DNA of 44,654 bases from Eledone cirrhosa (Eukaryota). The translations under genes and the position numbers were made by a program. The notes under the pieces are model-generated. The model worked only from the letters and a program-made list of their open reading frames with translations, ran no database searches and was not told the origin of the DNA. The first letter of the stretch is position 1, and each line of letters starts with the position of its first letter. The DNA is taken from positions 1 to 44,654 of the forward strand of contig CAXHJY010001535.1 of assembly GCA_964016885.1 (NCBI GenBank). The letters are read 5' to 3'. Below are positions 28,501-44,047 of the stretch, piece after piece.

Positions 28501-29099
28501 TTCGCTACCACATCTGTTAATCTACAAGGAGATAACATCTGATGGGCTGGGCGTCACAGGGACCTAAAAGAACAGTGATTAACATCTATCACCACCACGA
28601 ACACTGAATCTGACAACGACAACCACCACAACCACCACAACCTACAACAACAACAAGAACAGAAAGGTATCATGCAATGGGTTTCATAGCTTTGAAGTCT
28701 TATGTTTTTATCCAGAATTGTTCAAAGTTTTTTGTTGTAGGCCCTGATAAAATACCAACATCCCTACCAAACAAAAATATGATATTATCGTTTATATTTA
28801 CAGCGTATTAAGTCAGAATAAAAGGAGTCTATGAACTTTGTGTATTTTGGAAAAAATATTTATTCTGTGAACTATTTTTGAAAACATTAGTCAGGGAGTG
28901 AAAGCTCTTATTTGGAATGGACCTTCGTCAGTTTCAACAATGAGTGCCATAATGGTTTGATCAACAGGCTGTTCGTGAAATTGACGGTTGTGTGGCTGAG
29001 TATTCCATAAACGCATGTAACCATAACGTAACTCTCAGCACGAAGCAGAACATGATAAACTTGGACCTTTTACCTATATGTTGGATAAAATGATATTGT

Positions 29100-29210
29100 G
29101 CTATTTATTCTAGATCTTTACATTCTGCTTTCAAATCTTGGCAAAGTCAATTTTGCCTTTCATACTTCCAGGATTGATAAGTTAAAGAATTAGGCTAGTA
29201 CTGGGATTAA
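29100..29210 (+). mobile_element. SINE family A, diverged fragment
   Basis: TTCAAATCTTGGCAAAGTCAATTTTGCCTTTCAT...AGTACTGGG. Confidence 0.65.
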
Positions 29211-29464
29211 GTTTATAGGTAGGTAGATATATGAATAGACAGACAGATAGATAGATAGGTAAGTACGAAGTAAAGAGATAAATATATAGATACATAAAAT
29301 AAACAGATAGGCAGCAAGGTAGATAGTTACAGGGAAATATGTACACACAGATAGAGAGAGAGATATAGAGAGGCAGATTGATAGAGAGATAAATAGATGA
29401 ATAAATACATATAGATAGGTAGGTACATAAATGGAAAGACAGATAGATTTATCGATAGATAGAA

Positions 29465-29549
<85 letters not shown>

Positions 29550-30120
29550 GAGAGAGATACCCAAATACATAGAAAAATAATTAGATGCCATTAAATGCAC
29601 TGGGTAATTGCTAGCCTTGTGCCAAATGTAGAAACAATTATATGTATATATAGTTTTATAAGCTGAGACAAACACCAAGACTCAAACTCATACACACATT
29701 TGTCGAAAAGTTAAGAATATATATACATATATATATAGCCATACACAATTACACACTCAATAGCTATTTCAGGAAGGAGACTCTTTGATGTATGTCACGT
29801 GTTTTTGGTAGCATTCATGTCTGTCCGTTATTTTTGTTCGGAAATTGTGTCGTGTGTTGTAATGGTCGAGCGGTTTGCTAGAAGGTTAAATGTATAAATA
29901 TTCCTTTAGATGTGGCTTACATATCAGCACAAAGATTCATAACCTAAAACTATTAGTCTACAGACCTGAGGCTATACATTTACTTTAGGGTTTCCAGGGT
30001 CGAACACTTGTAGCTCTTTGAAGTGTCTATTACGATAAAGTAAAAAAAAGCAATAGCAAGTTTAGACAAAAATAATAGAATCACAGTAAATGCGACTGTG
30101 ACAACACTCACACAACTCTC

Positions 30121-30162
<42 letters not shown>

Positions 30163-31779
30163 TCTCTCTCTCTCTCTCTTTATATCTATATATATATACA
30201 TATATATATGTATGTATGCACACCCACATACACACACACATATATATATCAAATCAGAAACCCCGATTCTTTAATAATGATATTTTCTTCTTTTTTCTTT
30301 TGCAAGATACTCGATCCTTGAACTGTATATTTTGTACAATGTTTTTTAAGAAAGCTGCAATTCTGTTGTTTTATAGCACATTTCCCATACTACCAAATCA
30401 AAGTATTTGAATTTGGTAAAAGATCAAGGCTAATGTGTATTACACTGCATGCTTTTCCTGCCAGTTTTAGACATGGCAAAATATAAGAGAACTTGTCTTT
30501 TGATGAACAGTCAACTAGTTATGAAATATGTAAAAACAATCTCTTTTGTTTTTCTATGTACGAAGTATATAACAAATTGTATTTAGACTTGATTCTCTTC
30601 AGAGCGCCACTCTTAATTTACAATTGTAGATATATCTACATTAGATTTATCACACGCATATGCACCCCCAACACAAATACTCACATATACACACACGCAC
30701 ATGCACACACACACACATACACACACACACACGCACATGCACACGCACACGCATATATATATATGTTTATATATATTATATATATGAGTGTGTGTTTGTG
30801 TACATATAAACATATATACATACATAGTTAAAAATGATATCCATCATGCTTCAATCCATTTCTGCATGCAAGATATAAAATTTGTAGATAAATTGTAATG
30901 TTTTATATACAGTGAAATAAAGACGAATGAAAGAAGGAAAGCTTTAATTATAGACACAAACGAAACAGAATCCCATAAGAAACAATTGAAGGAATGGAAT
31001 GGGTGTAAATAGTTAAGAAAAATATATTGGAGGTTTCGGAAGAATTGTGAAGTAAAATCAAATGCAAGAGAGAGGCTAAGAGAAGGAATGTATGATAGAA
31101 TATTCGCTGTTGTATACTTTTGTGTATATTTCATACAAATCAGGTGCAGTTAAAACGATAAATTTGATTTGAAATTTAAATTAACCAATTTGATTCGTTG
31201 CCAAAAGTTGGAATAAGTTAAACGTTGTTTTTTCATAATTAAATTTGTCAGAAATATACAGTTAGAAATTAATGTTATATAATTAACCAATTGAATCTAA
31301 AATATTAGTTCTATTTAAAAAAAGAAACAAAATCAACAACAGCTACAACAACAACTGCAATCTATGATAGATTTATATCTTGTATAAATGATAAGCAATA
31401 TATCGAATTAAAGGAGGTAAAATATTGTTATAGATTTATGGCCAGAAAATTTAATAAATCGCGTAATAATTATTTCAGATTTATGTCAAGAAAATTACAG
31501 TGTATATTAGATATGAAAAGAAAACGTATAATAAAGATATATGTCTTAAATTTCTTAAAGATAAGGATATAGTGTTAGTTTAATATAAATATAGTAAATA
31601 TATATTTTGAAATTTCGTAGTGATGGTAAAATATATTTTGAAATTTCCTGGAACATATAATTTACATTGGTGTAGCAGTTAAATAATCAATGAACTACGC
31701 ACACCGTTTACAAATCAGACTGAAGAGATAATATTTTAGGATGAATTGTGTGTGGATGAATTGAACAGACGACGGCAAA

Positions 31780-31930
31780 TTGGCAGATTTGTTAAGAGTA
31801 TCAGCTGAAATAAAGGCCTAGATATTTGTTCTGATACATAGTGCTCGGAGATTAAATCCCGATACGGTCAAATTTTCATCATTTCGAGGTTGATATTTAA
31901 AATTTCAATGCAGTACCGGGGTCGATTCAT
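31780..31930 (+). mobile_element. SINE family A, diverged
   Basis: TTGGCAGATTTGTTA...AAATCCCGATACGGTCAA..TTTCATC..CAGTACCGGGGTCGATT. Confidence 0.6.
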
Positions 31931-31989
31931 CGTATTTATCACTTTCTCTCTTGCTTTGTTTTTCTGTGTAAGGCCTGAGTACAGTGGAT

Positions 31990-32153
<164 letters not shown>

Positions 32154-32240
32154 TAAAAATATACATATATATATTCCTTCCATATACTGTACCGATTGTG
32201 TTGTTATTTCTGTTTACCTTTTCCAGACACACACAAACAC

Positions 32241-32273
<33 letters not shown>

Positions 32274-32274
<1 letters not shown>

Positions 32275-32440
32275 GGTCCTGGGTGTGGCATTAAACTGCA
32301 TCCAGTGGCAAGGCTCCAGTTCGGGAGTTCAGGAGCTGTGGGAAATGTGGAGTAACCTCTTAGTTGTTATCATTCCCAGGTCTGCTCTGGCCCGTAGTGG
32401 TAGTACCTGTTAGGGCACCATTTATGGGTTAAATAATTAC
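32274..32440 (+). repeat. Interspersed repeat (GC-richer; resembles an abundant octopus repeat from memory)
   Basis: TAAACTGCATC..GGCTCCAG..ATGTGGAGTA..CCCAGGTC..CTCTGGCCCGTAGTGGTAGTACCTGTTAGGG; single copy here, so it rests on recall. Confidence 0.5.
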
Positions 32441-32750
32441 CTTATTCGAGTGGCACCAGTAAGGTATTATCAGCCATTGAAAACAACCATGGTGTGTGTA
32501 TTTAATAGCACTAGGGTTAGAGCCCCTAACTACACTGTCAAGGAGCATATATCTCGGGAATTTTAGCAGCCCTAAATATATATATATATATATATATATG
32601 ATATCATAATACAAGGACGGTGTGTTAAGCCTTCATTACGTTTATTGATTGGTTACGCGCGTTTCCCTATTGTACAAGGTTCGATCTGTATCGATCTGGC
32701 CCGACTTAAGCTCGTTGGTTTTATTCGTACATCTTTATTTTATTATCTAA

Positions 32751-32821
32751 TTCATTATGCGTATTTCAAAGATGCAAAGGTAGTTATATAATATCCACCT
32801 CACACGTTTTCTTCAGATGAA
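32751..32821 (-). ncRNA. Type I hammerhead ribozyme in a ~280-bp element (32605-32882) between TA-rich tracts
   Basis: Minus: UUCAU-CUGAAGA-AAACGUGUGAGGUGG..CUACCUUUGCAUCUUU-GAAA-UACGCA-UA-AUGAA; AAUAAA just downstream. Confidence 0.75.
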
Positions 32822-34144
32822 TATTTTTCTATTGATACACTACTGGTTTTACGTGCCGTTAACCTCGTTGTCCAGTACTCATGTATATATACATACACAC
32901 ACACGCATATATATATATATGTATCAATGTGTGTGTATGTCTGTATTTTCTTATTTGTGTGTAACTTTGTAATATTTGGGTAGAATTCCTCGGAGGTTTG
33001 CCAATTTTAGTTTGATTGACATACAATATCTCTCTCCTTGCTTCCTTTAACCACTTTCAATTCTGTCTCTTGTTCGAAGTTTTGTCAACAAGAGCTGAAG
33101 CTGTTGGAATTTTTAAAAGAACTCTATAAGCTTTATAAGCATCTTTTGTGAAGATTGATGTAAAAGTGAATTAGAATTTTCTATTCAATTTTTTTTCTTC
33201 GATTTCAATGCTTGTCTAAGAAGTATATTAAATTATCAATTACACAACAATGGTATTCCGAATGAGTCATAATTTCTCCGTTTCCATGTTGAAAATTTTA
33301 TTCCAGCTTATTCACTTCATTACATCATAGCTAGTGTGTTGCAGAAAATAAACTTAACTTTTCCACTTTTCCATTTCTTGCTTACATTCTGTACAATGAT
33401 GCAAATTGGATGTGAACTTATTTTATTATTTTTTTAATAAATACCGAAACGTTGAAAATCAATGGAAAATAGAAATGTGAAGGAGTCACGTGACTTGAGA
33501 CTCAGACAGAATGCAGGCAAAATTTCCAAACCAAGAATAAATAAATAGATGAATGAAAACATAACGGTATTACAGTTTTGTTGAAGTGGAATATTCTTTG
33601 GGCAATTAATACTTGTTTGATATTGTCAGTAAACACTTAGAACAGGAACTAGGTTGTCTAGTTCAATATTTTTATCAGAGCTGACATCAGGGCAGAAACA
33701 TGAAGACTAGTTTCAATTATAGAGAGATCAGGAAGAATTCTTGTAAATACATATTCTCTCAACTGTCAAAGAGTTATTTTAGGATCGTTGAAGATATATC
33801 GAAAATAAAACTAACAAAGGCAGGCTTGCAACAAATTGAAGACAAATAATAATATAGAAACGTGAAATATATTGATTGGAAAAGTTGCTCATTTTCCAAA
33901 ATTATATTTAATGATAAAACTTACACAGAAATATGGGACCATAGATGCGTCATAAATATTTTATGTATACATTGTAAAACATAGAGCGGGGAATTGGTGG
34001 AGACATTAAGGAGTCTAACTAATTGCCTTGGTATATGTTCTGTCTCATTGCGCTATGTGTTCAAATCCCATGACAATGAACTTATTTTCGATATCGATAA
34101 ATAAAATAGAAATTCAATACTGGAGCCAAGCCTTCTTTTCTCTT

Positions 34145-34183
<39 letters not shown>

Positions 34184-34187
<4 letters not shown>

Positions 34188-34415
34188 AAAAAAGATGGAA
34201 TCGAAAATGCAACTGGAGTCTTTTTAAGAATACTTATTTGTTTCCTTTACCGGTTTCACAGTTCTTATGCTTTTCAAAAGGAGAATTGATATGGAGGGTT
34301 TGTGGTTTTTCTCGCATCTGCGATGAAAGCCACACACCCTCCATCTCAATTCTACATGTAAAAAGCATAAGAACTGTGAAACCGGTAAAGGAAACAAATA
34401 AATATTCTTAAAAGA
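34184..34415. mobile_element. Fold-back copy of the U3:A8-HHR family (arms ~34219-34317 and ~34319-34415), flanked by (TA)n
   Basis: TTATTTGTTTCCTTTACCGGTTTCACAGTTCTTATGCTTTT vs AAAAGCATAAGAACTGTGAAACCGGTAAAGGAAACAAATAA. Confidence 0.92.
34243..34282 (-). ncRNA. Hammerhead U3:A8 variant (best-preserved stem I)
   Basis: Minus: UCCUU-UUGAAAA-GCA UAAGAAC UGU-GAAA-CCGG-UA-AAGGA. Confidence 0.65.
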
Positions 34416-34449
34416 AGATATGATATATATATATATATATATAATATAT

Positions 34450-34716
34450 GGAAAGTTATATTTAAATTGTTGGGTTAACAACGAGTAAATATTTATAACT
34501 GATATAAAAGCACTCAACAAGTATTTGGAGTATATTTACCAAATCAACCTCCCAAATGCAAGGTGATTGAAAGGTATGTCGTATCTATTTATTTATAAGA
34601 CTGTTTATATTGTATTTTGTCTGAAGACGGCATAACATATTGTTAATATGATATCCCTGAAATATATATAACGAAATAAATATGGTTTTATAAATATAGT
34701 TTCCATTTATTTAATA
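34450..34716. mobile_element. Second copy of the 7171-7637 family: inverted tail (34450-~34540) joined to a tail-less HHR arm (~34572-34716)
   Basis: 34450-34540 is the reverse complement of ~7548-7635; 34572-34716 is colinear with ~7401-7545. Confidence 0.88.
34613..34678 (+). ncRNA. Type I hammerhead ribozyme
   Basis: UAUUUUGU-CUGAAGA(34621)-CGGCAUAACAUAUUGUUAAUAUGAUAUCCCU-GAAA(34659)-UAUAUA-UA-ACGAAAUA; 8-bp stem I. Confidence 0.75.
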
Positions 34717-35332
<616 letters not shown>

Positions 35333-36879
35333 GAGGTATCTTTTCCAAATGAAAAAAAATGAGATGTGGGTATAGAAATATGTAAAATAGTGACTGCGGA
35401 CCCAAACCGAAACTACTTGGCGCTGCCAACTGAGGTAAAAATATACACCTGTTGCAATCACCAATTTTCTAATATGTGCGCGCAACTGGGTGGGTGTATG
35501 TGTGTGTAATGTGCATGTATATGTGTATGTATGTGTATGTATGTGTGCATGGTAATCTAACAGAGAATGTTTCTATGTTTCATTAATACGTCTACGTTTA
35601 TGCAATACAAGTTATTATGTTCATTTAATGAGATTAATATTTTAATTTTCTAGAGAATGTTACACTTCGTGCTATAACATCCGTTGATTTATTGTTTTCA
35701 CCTTTTCAAATGGCTTGCTCACATTTCCAAAGCATTATTGATAAAATTTAATAAGATTAGATGTAATAAAAGAGGTTATACCACATCATCTAAGGGCTTG
35801 GAAATGTTCCAGTGTATATGTATCGTAGCATATGAATATGCATGCCTTTTAAACTAAAACATCAACCGCAGAGATATTAAATACGATTCTATATACATAA
35901 TTATAAATTCATATGCTATGTTGTCATTTCTATAATTATCCTCGTTCATTCACTGAGAAGTCAACAACAGTATCTACATAAAGAAAACATATGAAGTTAT
36001 AGAAGTTTCTAGAGCTTAATATGATTTAGCCATATCTGATTTGCTGATTCTAATGAGAATTGAAATCTAGATTTCTATCTCTCATTACAATCATCACGAT
36101 TGCATATTTCTGGTGTTTGTAAGCCCCTAAATTAATTTAAAGGCTTAATAAATGTGTTTACAGAAACAGAATTTATTAATTCATATGTATTCTAGTTTAA
36201 TTTAGAATCCCTTTATGAAGAAAAAAAATTAAAAACAAAGAAAAACTAAATAACCACAAGTATGCAATCACCTCCGGCTATATTGTAATAATGTTCCACC
36301 CGCGTGCACTTACAGTCACACACACATGTATATACGCATAAATACACACACACACATACCACGTACACGCACAGATATGTATGTACATACACACAAACAC
36401 ACACATATATCTATATATATTCATACATACATATTTATATACACGTACAAAGCATATAAGTGTGTGTGCGTGTATCAGTTTATATCTATCTGTGTGTGCA
36501 TACGTATGTGTGTGTCATAAAAATGCCATTATCTCATAGCAGCTTTACACATGTTCCCCTTAGCAATAAATGACAATGCATTTTCAGCTGTGTGCAAGTG
36601 TTATGCTAAACATGAACACAATAGCAAGAAGGAAATAAGAAGCAATATAAAGAAATATCTTAGCAAATAATTGTTACACGATATTGCAACACATTAGGCT
36701 AAATATCAAGACTATCGTAATTGACAGAAATAATCTGCATCTTTCAGAAAGTAAACTTCCCTATTTTTACATAAAAGTAGTGTGTCTTCGATGAAGATAA
36801 TCTAAGCAATATTAGTCTGGAAATGAACAGGAATGTTTTTTCTCTAGCTGTCAATACCAATATAGCAATACATGTTAGG

Positions 36880-37190
36880 TGTCAGTGATAACGCGTGGAT
36901 TATTGCTACGATGTTTATCTTCCGATCTTAAAGTCGTGAGTTCAATACCGGCTGCGGTGTTTTTGTCCTTGAATAAGTCAATTTATTTCACATTGAGTTA
37001 TACCTGTAATTCAAAGTACGAGTATTTTCTCTTATTATGTCACACTGAATCTCCCTGGGAACTTGATCAAGTGTACGCATTCCTGTTAACCTCACGAGAT
37101 GGCTGTTCCGTTAATCGAATACACTGGAACATTTGTCGTCCTCGCCGGAAGAGTTTCAACACTTGTCCCATTAAATCAGAGATACTGTAA
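36880..37190 (+). mobile_element. SINE family B, diverged
   Basis: GTGAGTTCAATACC (B-box-like)..GTCCTTGAATAAGTCAATTTATTTCAC, reverse-homologous to 15305-15385. Confidence 0.65.
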
Positions 37191-37377
37191 GCTATTTAAT
37201 AGTAACACATAAAAGTGCAGTTACAGTTGCACAACCAACGTTATAAACATACTATCTGAACGATGTACTAAATATAAGAAAGAAAATACAAGGTGCGCGT
37301 GTAAAAACAAACCTCTATCCACTAACAGACCTGTGATAGAGCTGCTAATTCAACTAATAATAGTAATGCTGGTTACT

Positions 37378-37590
37378 AATTTAAGCACAAGGGTAGTCAT
37401 TTTGGAGGAAAGGAATCACTATTAAATCCACACAGTACTTGACGTATAATTTATTTGATCGAATCCGAAAAAATGAAAGGCGAAGATGACCTCGTTGTGA
37501 CTCGATCTCAGAAAGTAAAAAAAATCGGAAGAAATGTCACAGAGCATTATGTTTGACAATATAGAAATTCTACCAAAATCTCACCCCAAC
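37378..37590 (-). mobile_element. SINE family A, diverged
   Basis: GCACAAGG..CAGTACTTGAC..ATCGAATCCGAAAAAATGAAAGGCGAAGATGACCTCG. Confidence 0.7.
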
Positions 37591-37796
37591 AATAACTGAA
37601 TAATTAGTTCATTACAGAACCCTAGATAAGAACGATGATGCTGAAGCTCTAAAGGCATTACTACAATGATTCTGTATCTTTTCCAAATAAATAAAGTTAT
37701 TTTCTCTTTTAAATTAACGCAGAACTAAATCAAAGGAAGTTATAGATACCTCTGATATTGTTCTAAGACCTGCACCAAGAATTAGATTATGCTTCA

Positions 37797-37830
37797 CTGA
37801 TGAGTTCTAATTATATCAAAACATGTCCGG
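37797..37830 (+). ncRNA. Degenerate hammerhead-like motif (G12 lost)
   Basis: CUGAUGA-G..C-AAAA-CAUG-UC; palindromic ACAUGU stem III, AATAAA at ~37852. Confidence 0.3.
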
Positions 37831-38175
37831 TGTTTTCACTGACCAGTTAAAAATAAAATAAACTTCTCACCGTATTCTATATTTTATCTACCTTCTAGGC
37901 TTTCTCTCCTGCTATAATTACACCCAAGTAGGTATCTAAGTAATACATTTTTCTCATCACTTTGTGTAAATCCTGCGTGTGCATGTGTATCACTTTGAAC
38001 CTTAATGTAAAACGTTGTTGTTGAGGAGAACTATCAAACGTACTCCAGTCGTGACTATCCTGACTGTGTGTTTCATTTTAAGGCATCATCATTTCTGAAT
38101 TGAAAGGTACTCCATCGTAGACTTATGTATCATTTTTTTTAGATGGAAATATGTCATCAAAGGGAAATCTAAGGA

Positions 38176-38350
38176 CAGAATCGTTAGATCATCGGAAAAA
38201 ATGCATAGTTTGGCAGAATCGTTAGAGCATCGGAAAAAATGCATTGCAGTATATATTTCCAGCTTTTTACGTTCCAAGCTGAAATCCTGGTGACATGGGC
38301 GACACTGCCTTTTATATTTCTCTGGGTTGCTAATATAAAATAGCAATCAA
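38176..38350 (+). mobile_element. Diverged SINE A with tandem duplication of its 5' 38 bp
   Basis: CAGAATCGTTAGA(T/G)CATCGGAAAAAATGCAT at 38176 and 38214. Confidence 0.55.
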
Positions 38351-39149
38351 GTATTGAGGTCGATATATTCTTCTCGAATTACTGAAATTGAAAAAGAAAT
38401 ATAGCTGCTACTTCTAGCAAGTCGAGATGATGGATTGCCTGATGTCGTTTTCATCAGTAGTAGGAAGATTTACCGACAAAGATATATTATTATTATTATT
38501 ATTTTGCATACCTAGCATAACAAAAATAAAATGGAAATATATGATGACATTATTCAGTCACTTTTTGGTAAGCATTGCTGTGCAAACTGACAAAATCATC
38601 AATTCTATATTTGTTATCATTTTACACCTTCCTTAACTCGGAAAAATAACCTTTCAACAGTTACCATAGCAACAACAATATCAAGAAAACCGAGTGCTAC
38701 CTATATTACGTCGTGGTGTCCGTTTGGATATAATTTCAACATACTCATATATCTACAAGTGAACAACTGTGTAGTTATATTTATATTACGCCATGGAGAT
38801 TATATGTTTCTTGATATACTTTATATATGCGTGGATTTATGTATGAAGCTTTGTCTATTGTGTGTTTCTGGTAATATAATTTATTTTATTCCCTGTACAA
38901 TCAGTTTATCTTCATTTGTAGCTCTTAGCAACATCTCGACAGTCAGTCATTTGAAGAAAGTAAACTGACTTTACCTGACACATATATAGGAATTGAAGTT
39001 AGGCTATTTCAGCTACAGTTAAGTCTTAGCTCGGAGGAGGAAGAAATAAATTCCACAATTATGCTATGCAGGTTACTTTAGATAGAACCAGAGTGTTTGA
39101 GTTTATGGTTATATATATTATATATACCAAAATATAGAAATATATAATA

Positions 39150-39206
<57 letters not shown>

Positions 39207-39239
39207 ATATACAGGTATATGTATATATAATATATATAT

Positions 39240-39459
39240 AGTAATAATAATAAATTTGAAGACTAAATTCCAGAGAGGGCTCGATAAGGATAAATATATA
39301 TCAAATATATAAGAACCGTAGAGCAAATATTTATTAAAATAACAGATTAAAGTTTAAGCAAAGAATCGCTGCTTTCACCCTTAACAGGATCTTCTTAAGA
39401 TACCGTTAAGGGTGAAAGCAGCGATTCTTTGCTTAAACTTTAATCTGTTATTTTAATAA

Positions 39460-39463
<4 letters not shown>
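39240..39463. mobile_element. Fold-back element with perfect ~59-bp arms (39327-39385 and 39405-39463), axis through an HHR-like core, tail on left
   Basis: TTTATTAAAATAACAGATTAAAGTTTAAGCAAAGAATCGCTGCTTTCACCCTTAAC exactly mirrored; centre AGGATCTTCTTAAGATACC; flanked by (TA)n. Confidence 0.88.
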
Positions 39464-39490
<27 letters not shown>

Positions 39491-39572
39491 TACATATATA
39501 TATATACACATGTATATTTATATAATATATATATATATGTATATTATATATATATATATATCATATATACAT

Positions 39573-39642
<70 letters not shown>

Positions 39643-40054
39643 TATATACATATATATGTATATATATATATATATATCTATCTATCATATATACATATAC
39701 ATGTATATATATATATGTATATATATATATATGTATATATATACATGTATATATATATATATATATAATATATACATATACATGTATATATATATATATG
39801 TGTGTATATATATATATATATCTATATGTGTATATATATATATATATATACATGTATATATATATATATATAATATATATATATATCATATATACATATA
39901 TATATATATATATCATATATACATATACATGTATATATATATATATATCATATATACATATATTTATATATATATATATATATATGATATATACATATAC
40001 ATGTTTATATATATATATATCATATATACATGTATATATATATATATATCATAT

Positions 40055-40124
<70 letters not shown>

Positions 40125-40478
40125 ATGTATATATATCATATATACATATACATGTATATATATATATAATATATATATTATATATACATATATATATATA
40201 TATAATATATATATAATATATACATATACATGTAAATATACATATATATAGTATATATATCATATATACATATACATGTATATAATATATATATATATAA
40301 TATATATATTATATATACATATATATATATATAATATATATATTATATATACATATACATGTAAATATACATATATATAATATATATATTATATATGCAT
40401 ATATATAATATATATATTATATATACATATACATGTATATATATATATATATAATATATATATTATATATACATATGC

Positions 40479-40522
<44 letters not shown>

Positions 40523-40576
40523 CATATACATGTATATATATATATATAATATATATATTATATATACATACACATG

Positions 40577-40627
<51 letters not shown>

Positions 40628-40642
40628 TATACATATATTTAC

Positions 40643-40693
<51 letters not shown>

Positions 40694-40730
40694 CATATAT
40701 ATACATATATATATATATACATATATATAC

Positions 40731-40765
<35 letters not shown>

Positions 40766-40776
40766 CATATATATAC

Positions 40777-40845
<69 letters not shown>

Positions 40846-40892
40846 CACATATATATATATACACATATATATATATATATATGTATATATAT
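39464..40892. repeat. ~1.4 kb (TA)n array interrupted by CAT/ACATG units
   Basis: Directly visible. Confidence 0.97.
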
Positions 40893-40993
40893 GTAGGAGG
40901 TGTTTTTATTGTAGTACAATAAAGCAATGCAGATATGTTGATTCAAAACTGCACTATCCACAAGTGTTTTTTAACCTTCATATCATGTCTTCC

Positions 40994-41066
40994 TGTTTTA
41001 TCTGATGAAAACACAGATATTATTGCATGATGATATTTGTTTTTGAAATGCGCATAATTAAATACA
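40994..41066 (+). ncRNA. Type I hammerhead ribozyme in a ~205-bp island (40892-41097) between (TA)n arrays
   Basis: UGUUUUAU-CUGAUGA(41002)-AAACACAGAUAUUAUU GCA UGAUGAUAUUUGUUUUU-GAAA(41045)-UGCGCA-UA-AUUAAAUACA. Confidence 0.8.
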
Positions 41067-41097
41067 TGGAACTCTTTTGACCATCTTTTGTTCTTAT

Positions 41098-41566
<469 letters not shown>

Positions 41567-43010
41567 ATGAAAAATTTGAACAGGGACAGAACAGAGAGGC
41601 AGTAGTACAATAAATGTTTATTAAATTCACGCTCAGGAGAGTGGGGGGTAGGTGGGGGACGACGTTTCGGGCATAAGCCCTTCCTCAGGTGAGATGTGTG
41701 TGGGAACAGAGTTCAAAAAGTGTGTAGGGGAGTGGTGGAGAGACATATAGCGAAAGGAAACGGTGCGAATGAAAATTAACAAATAAAGACAAAAAATATA
41801 AAAAATAAAAATAAAGCATGATCAAAATACAAGGAATGAAAAAATTTAAAAATAAAGGCATGATCAAAATAACTGAAATTAAAAGGGGGGTAAACAGGTG
41901 GTGGAAGGATGTGGGGTGAGTAGGGTGGTGGGTGGCGGGTGAGTGGGGAGAGGGAGACGGTGTGTCCGAGCGGGCAGGGCTGAAGGTGGTGTGTGTGTAT
42001 AGGTGTGCGTGTGTGTGTGTGTGTGTGTGTATGTGAAAGTGAGGGTTGGGAGAAGAACGGGGTTGCATGTTCAGGAAGAGGTGTGGTGTGGGGAGTGTTT
42101 TTGTCTGTCAGAGTGTCTGTGCGTGTTTGGATAGGGGGGTGGGGGGGAGAGGAATCAGGAGGCTGAGGGTGTAAAATATATGTGGTGGGAAGCACGTGTG
42201 TGTGTGGGGTTTGAGCGTGTTGTTGGTGTGGGTGGCGTGTGGAGAAAAACATTTTTTGTGGGTTTGTGTGTGGGTGAGTTATATAGGTGATGACGTAAGA
42301 GGATGGTTTGAAAAGTTGGTAAGTTCCAAGGATGTTGGAGAGTTGGTTATAAGTCAATTTCTGCGTGTGGGTAATCCAAGAAGCGGTGGTCGGAAGAGGA
42401 GAGATGTGGGGTTGCGCGCGCAACAGGAAGTGGTCAGCAGTGGGAGTGCTGTGGTCAGTTGGTGCTGGGAGGTGGTCAGAAGGGCATAGCAGCAGTCGTG
42501 GAATGGTAGGGAGGCGAGGATGGGTAGGTTGAGAGTTGGAGTGAGGAGGGGTGTGTGTGTGTGTGTGTGTGTATTAGTAGGGGTGTTAGTGGGATGAGTG
42601 AGTGTGGAGCGGGGGTGTGGGTGGAGCGGGGAGAGAAGGGTGTGTGTGGTTCTATGGAGGGAGTGTGTGTAGTTTGGTGAAGAGGTGTTAGTGGGTGTTA
42701 GTATACGGGAGGTGGGGAGGGGTGGAATGCAGGTGTGAGTGGGGGTTAGTGGTGGTAGGGTATGTAGAGTTGGTGGTGTACGAGGGTGTGTGGGTACGTT
42801 GTGCGCTGGGGCTGGGGGTGTTAGTGATGTTAGTTGCGTGTGGGGTGGGTGCGTGTGTGGCGTGTGATAAGGAGGGGGGAGGAGGAGAAAAGGGGGAGGA
42901 AGGGATGTTAGTATGTTAGTTGGGGAAGGGTGGTCAGATGAGGGGTGGAGTGGAGGTGTTAGTATTGTTAGTGTGGGGTGGGCGGTGAAAGGGAGGGGTG
43001 TGTTAGTGGT
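41567..43010 (-). mobile_element. G/T-skewed 1.45-kb element, probable PLE 3' portion (HHR core + poly(A) signal at minus-strand 3' end), flanked by (TA)n
   Basis: Strong G-rich plus strand; minus CUGAGGA-A GGGC UUAU GCCC-GAAA-CGUCG-UC at 41688-41658; AATAAA (minus) at ~41618-41623; weak PLE-like peptide PILASLPFH...[14 protein letters not shown] at ~42536-42357. Confidence 0.6.
41658..41688 (-). ncRNA. Hammerhead core with stems II and III but no local stem I
   Basis: CUGAGGA A GGGC UUAU GCCC GAAA CGUCG UC; both flanks are C-rich and do not pair. Confidence 0.55.

Positions 43011-44047
<1,037 letters not shown>

Noticed and set aside
28159-28542. 127-aa Pro/Thr-rich ORF
   Set aside because: Runs through a CAC-rich repeat and an antisense SINE.
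34028-34520. Two opposite-strand ORFs with near-identical C-termini
   Set aside because: Consequence of the 34219-34415 palindrome, not genes.
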